Part shown: positions 39,904-52,004 of the stretch, piece by piece
How positions within the stretch are numbered: the first letter of the stretch is position 1
Layout: each line of letters opens with the position of its first letter
DNA from: Phoronis australis
Taxonomy: Eukaryota > Animalia > Phoronida
DNA: 64,000 nt
Direction: 5' to 3'
Assembly (NCBI GenBank): GCA_002633005.1
Contig: NMRA01000114.1
Span: 120,724 to 184,723, forward strand
Notes under the pieces: model-generated
Seen by the model: only the letters and a program-made list of their open reading frames with translations
What the model was told of the DNA's origin: nothing
Database searches by the model: none
Position numbers and translations under genes: made by a program

Positions 39904-40672
39904 GCTGTTCAATAAGCCGCCACTAGATTCTGCACCACAAGATATGTCGTATGACTCCAAGGCTAGAGTTCAGTAACTCTCTCGGTGCTAAAGAAATCTA
40001 GCTAAAATCACGTGTTCTCATTTAAAGTACATTGCAATAGCCCGCATAATCTCGCTACGTCGTGGTTTTCCATCGAGGCCTAACGTTACATAACTCTACC
40101 CAGTATTGGAAAAGTAGAACCTTTAGTCGTATGTCCAAGATTTGGAAGGATCTTGGTTAGGCTAAAAAAGCGTGACAGGCTCTAGTCTGTGTTTTTGAGA
40201 TTTGATGCGGTTATACGGTATGCATGTAGTTTTACACGTTTAGAAGTCACATAATACGATGTACTGAGCCACAACACCACGTTCCCTACAATGTATTTTA
40301 TCACTCCGGCTGGTCTGCTCAGACGATGTGGTAAACTGACTGACAGGGGGTGATTGTGGTCGTGGGTGTGTGGTGCTGACTGCAACCCAAACCAAAAATT
40401 GTTCAAAAATTAGAGTCAAGTGAAGGAGCAGCCTCGTTATTTTATGCGCAACTGATTGCCGCGGCGTATAAGTAATCTGTGTTCTGCGATCGTGTACTTC
40501 GCAGAGACCTACTGCAAAGCTTAAATGTCCACATCGACGTGGCGAGGACTACCGACATTTGCCACCAGTGAATGACTGTTTGGGAGCCCTCTTCAGTCAA
40601 CATTCCTCTCCCCGCGATAACCACAAAGTATTTCAACCGAGTCACGTGAATTATGAGACAAAGGCTAGCACA

Positions 40673-43600
40673 CCCTTACAAAAATGAACTTAAGTTTTTC
40701 GCTGAAAACTTAAGTTTTTGGCAAAAAAAATTAAGTTTTTGGAAAATAACTTAAGTTTTAGAGGAAAAACTTAAGTTCTTCCGAAAAACTTAAGTTTTTA
40801 AAAGAAACTTAAGTTTTTAAAAGAAACTTAAGTTTTTAAAACTTAAGTTCTTCGCCAAAAACTTAGGTTTTTCAACACAATGTTAAGTTTTTCAGAAAAC
40901 TTAAGTTTTTCAGAAAACTTAATTTTTTTCAAGTGTAAAGTAAGTGTTTTTACAAATAAACTTAAGTTTCAAGTAATAACTTAAGTTTTCATGAAAACTT
41001 AAGTTTTTCAGAAAACTTAATTTTTTTCAAGTGTAAAGTAAGTGTTTTTACAAATAAACTTAAGTTTCAAGTAATAACTTAAGTTTTCATGAAAACTTAA
41101 GTTTTTTGTACTAACAAAACTTAAGTTTTTCTGATAACTTAAGTTTATCACAAAACTTAATTTTTTTGTAATTTTAAAAACTTAAGTTTTCCTGACTTCT
41201 TAAGTTTTTCAGAAAACTGGATTTTTTCATTTTGTGGAAAACTTGAATTTTATTAAAACTCTAAGGTTTCCATGCGATGAAAATTTACGATTTCAAATTT
41301 TTAAAATTTGAATATTGTGAGATATTTAATTTTTGGTTCGAAATTTTTCCCATTATTTTCCAACAAAAAATTATTGTTTGCTCATGCAAAACCCATCGTC
41401 TCATAAAAATGTTGCCCGAATGTTTCTTTAACATTGATATAAATACAAACCATAAAACGACGAAGTCAACCTGGTCAGTACAGAATTAGTGCAGTTATGT
41501 AATCATTACAGCACGTCTTTGTGAACTAAATGTAGACGAACATCCGGTGACCAAAAGCAGTAAGAATGCACCCAATGTTTATCCCGAGACACTGACTTGG
41601 TCAGTACAATTTAATCAATGGAACTCATGCAATTCTTAAAAAAACGTAGTTATTGTGCAAGTTTCCTTTGTGTTGAGTTGTATTCGTAAGGCAGTTTCCA
41701 CCGGAAGTCAACAGTTTGAATTTTATAACCGACAGTCAACTTCGAAGAAAAAGTCGTGTGTTGGCTAGCCCGCGACAATGAAGTTTATATTACTACGAGC
41801 AGAGCCAGCAAGAAGACATTTCAGAAGTTTTGGAAGTCAGGTTAGTGCCAGAGAGCGTTCTAAAATCGATTGGCCACAATCGGCGCTGTGATTTCCAACG
41901 AACGTGTTAAGTTCAGTTGTTATTGTCACAATGTCAGCGACTCACGAGTCATGCTGTCACACGGCATGGACTCATTCTGTGTGTGAATTATCTAAACTTC
42001 TAACGCGTAATATACATGTACTTCTGGAGGTCCATCAGAGGAAGCCATAACGTTCACATCAGGCTATCACTCTATTATGTTTCTGTCTTCTGAGGTTGTG
42101 TCAGTGTGATCAATGCAAGGGGGGGAACTACCAAGGCAAAATGTAATCATTTCCCAAGTTGGGTACATTTGGAATTGTGTGTGCTTATGTCTATGCTCGT
42201 AGTAATTCTTGGAAGCTCCTGATTTTGAAATCTCATATCACTACAGGTCAATGATTTGCAAGGTTCACTTGCCTCATCCACGCACCAATCCTAAAATATG
42301 GGGGGTGCTCAAATTTTTGGGAATGTTGACCTTTTACTAAAAAAACGTAGTATGTTCAGAGCTGTGCGCAGTGCATTCCTGAACTACAGCTTTTTAGTGG
42401 ACTCGTGTCTCGTTTTCTCAATTTTTTTTGTTTCTATGAGGCTGACCTTTTCATGCCCACTTCGGCAAGAGGGGGCTGCTCGTTCGAGCCTCCCCTGGGT
42501 GCGCGCATGTGCCTGGCTCTCAAAATTAAGAATAACCAATGTAACTATTGTATTGCCTATTTTGACTGATTTGCTCAGGTTTGTCGGGTGGATCTAGGTT
42601 ATTGAATGCGAAAGGACATCCCGATCCCACTACTAGTACCCTATCTGGAATACCCCCCGGCATAGGTCACAATGTACTCAAGTGAACTCTCACCAGTTAA
42701 CATGTTAACTATTGTTAAGCACAGTGAAACTTGCATAATTCCTATCTAATTGCACCAAATAATTAATCCAAATAAGGAAAATCTGTGTGACTTGACTTTG
42801 GGATTGAGTATGTGCTTTCGAATTTTTACCGGGTTGTGGAATACTAGAATGTCGCAAAAGTTTGCATATTCAGACTTAAAATTTTCATATTCAATGCGAG
42901 TTCGACTGGTTTTATTGAAATCAAATATTTCAGTGTCATGGTGAAAGTGATAGTTAATCTGGGTACAACTTTACCTAGGAGTTGAGTTGAGTTCAATATG
43001 GACTGACTAGAATGATCTCCTCATGTTTGTAGGGGCATATTCTTTTCCCTCTAGAAATTTGCTTGGAACCTCAATTTAATATCTTTGCAAATGTCAGCCA
43101 GTAAAGTGATTGGTAGGAGTACTGGATATAGTATTTTTATGTTTATTATTAGTACATGAGATAATAATTTTATTTTTACTGTAAACTATTATGGTTACGT
43201 AAGACTTCTCGTGAAGACCATGCCAGTAACTTCAATGGTGGATTCAGAGGACAGCTAAGGGGCCATGGCCCCGGCCCCCTAAAACGCTACAAGATCAACT
43301 GGCAGTTGGGGTGGACGGGGTGAATGTCTGATGGGCAAAACCCTACTCTGCCCTAACCCCCCAACTCAAAATCCTGGACCCTCCCCCCACCGCCCCTGAT
43401 CTTTACATGGATAACATTCCCTGTAAATGGGTTATGTCTGTATTCTTAAGAAGCTATCACATACTGTTATGTTTGCTTATTTCTCATTGTTTTCAGGTCT
43501 CTATTAACTTGGCGGAGTACTTGGAAGAACTAAACATCCAAACATTTGCATCGAAACAATCACCCAGGGGTGGTATTGGGCTGTCTACATCGACGTGGCA

Positions 43601-43719
43601 ACTTTAAGTTCGTTCCAAAAAACGTGTTCCAAAATACTTAAGTTTTCGCCAAAAGCTTAAGTTTTCGGGAATGAAAACTTAAGTTTTTCGATGAAAACTT
43701 AAGCTCATTTTTGTAAGGG
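40673..43719. mobile_element. CMC/EnSpm-like non-autonomous element with palindromic subterminal repeat arrays
   Basis: TIR CCCTTACAAAAATGA(A/G)CTTAAG at both ends, 2-bp flank duplication CA; many AAAACTTAAGTTTT units at 40685-41270 and a few at 43600-43705. Confidence 0.75.
42275..42509. mobile_element. GC-rich MITE with 5-bp TSD
   Basis: Imperfect TIR CATCCACGCACC / GGTGCGCGCATG; TGCCT on both flanks. Confidence 0.65.
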
Positions 43720-44595
43720 CAAGACTGAGCGAAGAGCGTGACCGGGCGCGTGACACTTGCAAAAATAGTATGGGACGACATCAAGTGAAATTTGCAAGAT
43801 TTGTTTCCCTTGGACTTTTTATGAGGATGTACTGTGGCCCCTGTGTGTCTTTGCGGTATTCAGGGCGATATAAATACCTAGTTCGGGTACACTTCCGATT
43901 TCAGTCCGTTCACAGCTTCGCACAACAGCAAAATCACCTTTTCTTTGTGCATTCACAGTTATTCCACGATCCATCAGCTAACTCTTAAGTTGTGGTAACG
44001 TTTTAAGTGTAAAATTCTTTATAAAAGCTCGCTAAGATTTCGCCCGTGTAGCAAAGACTCGGGAACAAAACTAGGGCAACATGGCGGGTTTTGCCCTGAT
44101 TCTGGTGACGTCATATCTAATATCTGGAAACTCGCAAGTGAGCTATTGTTTTCCGCCATCATCTTGCAGACGTCGCCTTGCTGTTCAATAAGCTGCTACT
44201 AGATTATGCACTAAAAATAGCGTAAATAGCGTGGTATGTTGGAATTGATGCAGTGATACTAAGTGCGTGTCGTTTTATAATTTTAGAGGTCGCATAGCAC
44301 GCGTTAAAGTGGGGTGCAATTTTCTCCAACCCCAACGATCCAGTGACGAGGAGGTGTACTGTGATTGACCGGGGGTAATTGTGCTCCTTGGGTAGGGGAG
44401 CTAGCCGAAAAAGACGATTCTTGCTAAGTTGCCATACATTGTTGTTTCATGCGTTTTTGTGGCTTTTGTACCAAAAATTGCCAAATTTACTGGCGTTGGG
44501 TACTGATTTTCTTTAAAGATTGAAGCGTCATTTTTGCAAAAAGTTTAGTCACAAACCGTAACCACTCATTCTATGTTCCTTTGTTTTGTATATTT

Positions 44596-44720
44596 TTACG
44601 TACAGCGACATGTACACCATAATCCCAGGCTGCAGTATCCGCCCTTTTTAGCGCCTTTTCCTTTGCAATCGTAGTAACAGATCCGTTCATAACAATGTGT
44701 GTACTCTCTTTCCTGTATAT
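44596..44720 (-). CDS. CS-alpha-beta defensin-like peptide, terminal coding exon (end of propeptide plus mature peptide)
   Basis: Acceptor CCTCTATTTCAG|, phase 1; reads (D)IQER-EYTHCYERICYYDCKGKGAKKGGYCSLGLWCTCRCT* with CxxxC, GGYC and CxC motifs; too short for the supplied ORF track. Confidence 0.85.
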
Positions 44721-44822
44721 CTGAAATAGAGGACATTATTCACTTGCAACACAGTCGTACTTCATTCTTACATTTCTAACGGTGAGTACGCATTTTCACC
44801 GATCATTATCAATTACATGTAG

Positions 44823-45000
44823 CAGGGGTGGATGCAGGATTTTGAGTTTGGGGGGCAGGCCAGATTATTATAGAGGATTTTTCCGCGGGAAAAACGCACC
44901 TTTCCAAACTGCCTTTTGGAATCTGGGGAATTTTTAGGGGGTGCATTGCCTTCCTGCCCCCCCCCCCCCCCCCNCCCCCCCCCCCTTCATTCCGCCACTG
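44823..45000. mobile_element. GC-rich MITE in the defensin intron
   Basis: Termini CAGGGGTGGAT / ATTCCGCCACTG; same family as 17001-17162, reverse orientation. Confidence 0.65.
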
Positions 45001-46140
45001 ATTACAGCATCCGTGCAGCTCGTGAAGCATACAAGTTGACTAGCACAGTGTTGAAGCTTTCACTGAATAAACGTGTCCATGTTACTCGGGAAGGTCACGG
45101 AATCTGCGATGGATTTTTTCGTTTTAGATTCTTGGTGTACGTAGACAACAGGTTTTATGGCTTAAGAAAAACCATCATTAATTCAATCTTAATTTGAAGA
45201 AGGTTTTGAACCTGGCAATTTTAACCAGGTGAACATCCGGTCAACATAGCTTACCATAGGTAATTAGACAATTTGTTATCAACTCGTAATTTCATGAATA
45301 TTTATTTACCTTTATAACGTAGGTGCATATCATTAATCGAGATTTAATAACCAACAGATATCATCACGTATGTTATATAACATATTTTCACATATACCCA
45401 AACGACTTTCTGAGGTGCAGATTCGCCTAATCTGTCAGTGATAGTGAAGCGACGATAATTTGTTTCAATTCTTTTTTAAAGTTTCTTCGAATTAATGAAA
45501 TAACCACAATCAATAACTTGTTTTAATTATTGACTGTTTATTCATTTTAAATTTTCAAACAGTGGCACTGTGTAACATTAGGCATTCTTTTTCCGTGTTG
45601 TCATGGTAACCTTGGATGTAAGATCAATCATTGTGTAAACAATATCTAGTACTTTTTTATGTTTTTATCATAATTTTTCATCACTTTTCAATTTCTATTA
45701 AAGTGTAGATTAAATGAGCGTCACGTGATATACCTTTTGAGTTTTTATTTCATTTTTCGTTATTCAGTATTTCAGTATAAAAAACTCTGAACACGTTTTG
45801 AGAAGTTGATGGCTTCGATATTTTAGTTTGTAGGGGTAAAAGATTTCCATCTCGGTCAGAAATATTCTGAAACCGATTTGATTTGAGAGAAAGTCCCAAT
45901 TCAGTTTTTGTTTTGGCCATCTATACCGTAGGACGGAATGCAGTTTTAAATTTGAACTGTTACCATTGTTTCACGTCATAAACTTGAAGAGACTCTTGTT
46001 CTTAAGACGCAAGGAACTAGCGAAAACGCGAAACTTCCCGAGATATCCCGAGGCATTACAAATAATGCCTGTGATCACTTTAACTTTACTTGCGAAATTC
46101 TTGCAGAACCCGCCCCAGAGCACTGAGTTATTGTTCTCAC

Positions 46141-46222
46141 CGACGTCTTTGCCATCTATCGGCAGCGCCTGAAGGCAGCCCACAGCCAGCATCAATATAA
46201 TGAATACCGCGATACACTTCAT
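46141..46222 (-). CDS. Defensin-like precursor, first coding exon (signal peptide and start of propeptide)
   Basis: MKCIAVFIILMLAVGCLQA-LPIDGKDV then G|GTGAGA phase-1 donor; acceptor TTACAG| 13 nt upstream of the ATG (exon starts at 46235); joins in frame to 44720. Confidence 0.82.
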
Positions 46223-46715
46223 GACTTCTGGTTTTCTGTAATTCAGTCAGTTTCAGATCAAGTTCCGAGAAACAAGTATGTAAAAGAAGAAACAAGTATG
46301 TGACATTAAAACAAAATGCAAATAAACGTTTGCAAATCTTTTGAAAATTACTCTTCCGTTTTATCACGTAGAAATTGAAACATATGCGGATACACAGTTT
46401 TCTGCATACCCTGTACCTAAGATTCAGTTGAAAAGTCAAGTATCTGCACGAGTCTCTGTGAACGGCCTACTTCCATCTTGTGAATTGCAGATTTGAAAAA
46501 CGCCTTGTAACTTAACAACAAGCAGTTAGTAGAAAATACATAATTTATGCTAGTGTAAAATAACCTTTTAGAAAGTTGGTATTTCGGAACCTTTTAAAGG
46601 AGGTGAAGAAATTTAGACAGTTTGCCTCGTCTGGTGGCAGCAACTAGAAAATCAAAATTCCCATTATTTAACATTTGATTCCCAATATGCAGCGTATCTG
46701 GGACCAAATACTCAC

Positions 46716-46817
46716 CTTTTCAAAGCCTACCCTTTTCAAACACAATCCTGGGAAAGTGAGCCTTCTCTAAAAGTGTGCTGCAACAATTGAATCTTAGCCT
46801 TAAGCCTACTTTTTATT
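46716..46817 (-). promoter_or_regulatory. Candidate 5'-UTR exon and core promoter of the defensin-like gene
   Basis: Strong donor AAG|GTGAGTAT at 46716/46715; Inr-like TCAATT near 46788 with an AT-rich AATAAAAA box about 29 nt upstream. The transcription start is speculative. Confidence 0.4.
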
Positions 46818-47630
46818 TCTCAAAATCGACGAAACTGACTGCAGTTTCCGAGACAGAGTGCCATCTATTCGCTCAAAGACGATACTGCTTTTCCCAGCAC
46901 TTCTTCGGATTTTGCAGCACTACACGGAGCTTACGGTTTGACGAAGCTGAATTAATTTACGCTCACACACTCCCTATTAATGCTTACATTCCCGCAGGTC
47001 TTGGTATGACAATCGCAGTAGGGTGCATGTGAGAAACTGCTGTCTAGGGATGTAATCGGTGTCTAAGGAGGTACAAGTAGAATCAAATCATCTGTGGCGG
47101 AAGCAAAACTGCGGTCGACGGAGGGAGGTTGCACTCACATCTACTTCGCCCTCATCCACTTGACACATGTAAAAGCAAATTTCCTTACGCCTGTACGTGA
47201 CTTATTCTGGCTACCATACTTACCCTGTTGTCTTCGCTCCTTACTGCAAGGTTATGGATTACTAATAATGTATCCCGTTGTATATTCTGCCAACTGTAAT
47301 GAAGTAGAATACAGTAATAGAATTACTAATGTGATGGCGTTAATAATGGTGTAATTTTGGTTGCATATATTGTCATTACCGGCTACACTTGACGATGTTG
47401 AGATAATTCCGGCTCATAAAGGTCCAAAAATTCAGCAGAACACATTCTGAATTTTAAATTTAGATATCAATATTTAAAACTGAAATTTAAACCAGTTTAT
47501 TACAGTAGTTACGCATCTTTCACATATATAACCAGATACCAACACACAAGACGAACATTTGGTTAGCTTCATCACCGAGTCCATACTTTAAACAATTAAG
47601 ACGGTAAGTTGATGAAAGCAAAAACGGCAT

Positions 47631-49409
47631 AGACCCTATTCACGCCGACAGGAGGCGCGTTCCAAAACGAGGCTCGTTACGATAGCTCTGATAGCTTATC
47701 CGCGTAGTTGTACTCCGCGTTGCTCGAACAGCTAGAAAAAATACGAACACTCTGTTTTACAATCCCTAACGACGCAGGGATTCGGAAGCGTTGAGTCCTT
47801 GCCATACACCGTGACGAAGGAAAATGTGTCCGTGTAAATTTCATAACTGTTTTCGAATCATAATTTGTCGCATTTCGGAATGGATGCCGCCATATATATA
47901 CGAGGACCGGAGAATCTTCGGCCAGCCAGGCTGTGTTTTCATGACTATGGGTTGAAGCGCGATGCATTTTTCTTTACAAAAAAGGACAGGGCCCTCAATC
48001 CCTCAATTTTGGGGCCAAATATCGGCCCTATTCTCCTCTCAAAAATATTGAAAAATCACGCGAAATTCCCGGCCACGCGGGCCTAAAAATCCCCTATGTG
48101 AAAATTTCTCTCCAACGGTTCAAATCACCTGTGACCACAGAGGTGACAATCTGAAAAAGTACAAAATCATAGGCGGATTTAGGGGGTTGGACAGGGACCC
48201 ATCCCTCCCTCTTGACTGCCGCAAGGAAAGTAAACCAGCAAAGCATGAAGCGAAAGGAAACTTGTACTCAGTGAGTTCGAGCTAGGACCGGCAGTGGACG
48301 AGGGGGGAAAACAGGTTCCGTTTTATTTTTTTTTTTAGTCCAACGACAGATTTCCTGGGCATAAGGTATACATCCTCGGCGCCCGCAACTTCCGAGCCGC
48401 CTGCGTGCATACAATCGCGCTTTGCCCGCTTCTCCGAGGATGTTGGGCTCCCCCTCACAGTGGTATCCTAGATCAGCCATTGAAAATGCTACTTGAGACA
48501 GAGCTATGGGAACTTGCAAAAGGGCGGGGTGCTATTGATGGTGATCGGGAGGTCAGTAGAGTTTCACTGACCCGTCACTCGGCAAAACGTTCCTCTCTCA
48601 GAAGGCTGCACACTTATGAGGCACCTTTCCCCTCGGATGTGAACGAGGCCTCTGAAGAAACATGATAACTATACTTGTTCCAGAAGGGATCCAGGACTTT
48701 GAGTTGGGGGGCACGGCAGAGTATTAGCCAGGATTTTGCCCGTCATAAATTCGCGCTCCTGAACTGCCAAATGGAATCTGGGAGAATTTTAGGGGGGGGG
48801 CTGGGGCATAGCAAATCAAAATATATATTTAATAACATCAAGTATTATTTCAGATCAATGACAAAACAACTGACAGTCCCGGTAGTGCCTACCTCACCAG
48901 GACCTAGACTATGCTTGAAGCTAATAGGCCTACTCTTCATCAACAAATTAAAGCAGATGAGACTAATTGCACATGACAGTAAAATGCTATGAGCCACCAC
49001 TGTCGAATATATCTTCAACTCCTCAACAATACGACCAGATGACCTGGTTCGTGTAGAAAGCGTTTTTATCAAGAATTTATTGGAAGAAACGTAACCCTGC
49101 ATTCAGCATGATACCTAATCCGTAACACTACGATCGCCGGAATTTGGTCATGTTTACTTTTCATGTTTCGAGCCTAGTTTTCCGGAAAAAACTATATCCT
49201 TTCGTCAGACAACTCTTTGGTGCATTGACTTGTTCTTGAACTGTATTATCTACGTCTCTGTGGTTAATTATTGACACATTTTTTTAACATTTGATATTCA
49301 TGTTGGACTCCAAAGACCGGTCATTTAACTCACACAATGTAAATTTCCGCTTTGTTTATCGCAGTGAGCCTCGCTTTGGATTTTAATGTCCGCCGCGTGA
49401 ATAGAGTCT
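47631..49409 (+). mobile_element. ISL2EU/PIF-like internally deleted transposon with THAP remnant
   Basis: AT|AGACCCTATTCACGC ... GCGTGAATAGAGTCT|AT; plus-strand fragments SCTPRCSNS and IPNDAGIRKR*VLAIHRDEG (THAP-like) at about 47703-47860; nested GC-rich MITEs. Confidence 0.7.
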
Positions 49410-49477
49410 ATATGCAGCAGTACCATTAATCAATCTTGATATTTGCGTTGGGTGAAGAAAAGACGTGTGTACATGTG

Positions 49478-49479
49478 TG

Positions 49480-49524
<45 letters not shown>
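49478..49524. repeat. (TA)n microsatellite
   Basis: Direct read of the sequence. Confidence 0.9.
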
Positions 49525-49660
49525 CCCATACGCGTTGAATCTGTCGAGAGAAATACGGCCATGTAATAAAGTTTTCCGTAATCATCTCCCGCATTACTTC
49601 AACAGTGAACTCAGACATGGAAAGTTCAAAAGGTAGGTCATATGTTGACTCGACGTCTTC
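49522..49660 (+). repeat. Dispersed repeat, second copy at about 54924-55060
   Basis: ATCCCATA...CCATGTAATAA.GTTTTCCGTA...ATGGAAAGTTCAAAA...ACTCGACGTC in both copies. Confidence 0.8.
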
Positions 49661-52004
49661 AGCCGGTTCAATACTCAAACTTTCCGAATATAGTTTAAAG
49701 TAATACAGTTGCGGCAGCGTAACTAACAGTCGCCATGCAACCAGGCCCTCAACGTAAAATCTGGAACAAAACTGTTAATTATAAAACACTTATGTCTCAG
49801 TTTTCAATTACTGAATACTATGTCGTCTGAAACTAAAACATCAAATGTTGTTTTTTAACTAGTTGCAGGTTACACGTTCACTGAACAGTTGCCGTTGTTT
49901 AAATCTTTGTTAACTCTTTTCAAGTAATAAATCGTTATTTTTAAAACTGTTTATTTTACAAGAGAAAACTTGCAACCTAACGCGCAAGTACATACATATG
50001 GGATGTGATCCGCCATGTGAACAGTCTGGGTGAAGTACATGTAGCTGGCTAGATAGGAAGGCTCTAGCTTCGAAAAATTTTTCACTGCGAAGTTGACAAC
50101 AATTTCAGAATGATGATGGATGATGGATTACACTATAAACCGATCACAGTCTTCCGTTTTCATGCGCCCATGATTTAATATCGGCGCTATGTTCAAACCA
50201 TTGTTTATATTGTTCCTAAAATAAACTTGGGTTCTATTGCTGTACCAACATATTAAGAAATTATACAGAAATAAACAACAATTATCTGTGGTAAAGCGCA
50301 ATATACAGCGTGACGAAGTGATGATCAAGAGCAATAACGGATGAGCGCAAATGCGTGCTGCTTGTTGAGCAATCCGCGGCATGAAAACATTTGAGGTCGT
50401 AAAATATCCAGTGTTGTATTCTGGTTTTTATGCAATTTTGCTGTAAATTTCAAATTTCGTGCTTGTTTTTATGCATAATGCACTGCATAAAAAGTCTGAT
50501 ATCTAAATTTAGAAATTATTTTTCCGCTATATCACTTAACTTTTGATTTTACCACGCCGTCATTAATTCAACATAAGGTATTCGGCTTGTGTAATGCCAC
50601 GCACTTCGTATTTGTAGGTTGATTCGATTTTACCTCCATTTAATAGTTGAACAAAATTTGATAAACCGATGTCAAGACCGGAGTTGCCACTGGTAAACGA
50701 ACAGCGAACAGTTAAATGTTTGTTTGTCCAAAGTTCACCCGCTAAGTCATAAAATGCTAATTGCCGACCAAGGACACGCTTAATCCGAATTGGTCGTCTA
50801 CGCTAGGCGACCAATTAGCCGACCCAAGTGCCGACCACAGAGGCGACTAAGCAGACGGCTCCTAGCCGACCGTTGTTGCTCGGCTGGTGGTCGGCTAGAC
50901 GACCGGTCGACGGCCGGTCGTCGACCAATTTCCGACCGGTCGGCCAAAAATTCGTGATGTGTGCTGTATTTGAAAAATCTGCCGAAAAATGTAAGACACT
51001 AAGGAATTCGAAGCGCATGGGATAAATACAAAACATACCTCGATTGGCGTACAAGAAGTAATATCCCACTCGACCTTATTCCGCGTATTGACCTCGACCT
51101 TCGCTCTCGGTCGATACGCGGAATAATGTCTCGTGGGACGTCACATAACTTCATGTACATGTACGCCACTCTCGGTACCTTTTGTGTATACATACTTTGC
51201 TGTGCAACGCAATCTACATATCACCTAAATAAGCATAGAGTACTTCGAACTCCAGTCAGCTGCTCATTCAAACTGGCTTTTTCAAACATTAGAAGCGACT
51301 CTAACGTTCGTAACCTGTGTACATCATTTTTAATGTATCTAATGACTGTATTGTCGACAATCTCCTGACGAGTCATCTTGCGACCATGGACGAAATGGGC
51401 TTTTATGGAGCCGTTTTGTAAATGCATTGAAAGTCGTCGTGACAAGGAACATACAGTGTGCCCAATGTAATTTCGTTTCTAATGAGGAGGGAAACATTCG
51501 ACCGCGGGACAAGTAAACTCATAAACAGCATTACATCAAGCAACAGTGCGGACCTACTCACTACTAATATTGTTTCTCATTACTAAATTAGAGGTCTTCA
51601 TATTCTTGTAATTCTACTGGCAAACTAGATGTAATTATATTATTACATAATGGTCTTATTTATTATTACTCTACTTTTATTTATGTAGTGAGTGTTATTT
51701 ATTAATTCATACTTACTTTATTAAATCTCTTTCAGCCCCAAAAGCAATAATATAAATAATACTTTTTAACTAAACATCATTCAAGAATGATTGGACTGTC
51801 TCCGGTCAGTCCAAGAGTTATTACCTCTGCTGCTTGGTTTAAGATCTTTTATAGGCCTAACTATCAGCAATTCCCGTACCAGGATGAATTTCAAAACTAT
51901 CTTGACTTGTTTGCGTCACACGTGATGTGCGACGTCTATATTGAAAGTGCGCCATATTTTTACGTTGATTTCCTTTGTTGGATTTCGGAAGAGAAATATA
52001 GATC

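Noticed and set aside
40685-41270. Palindromic repeat array as a CRISPR-like locus
   Set aside because: Units are short, irregularly spaced and lack unique spacers; there are no cas genes, the context is eukaryotic, and the array sits inside matching transposon TIRs.
45971-46222. 83-aa single-exon ORF read as a cationic linear antimicrobial peptide
   Set aside because: A G|GTGAGA donor after codon 27 joins in frame to a far more convincing Cys-patterned exon; the Lys-rich tail is best explained as intron read-through.
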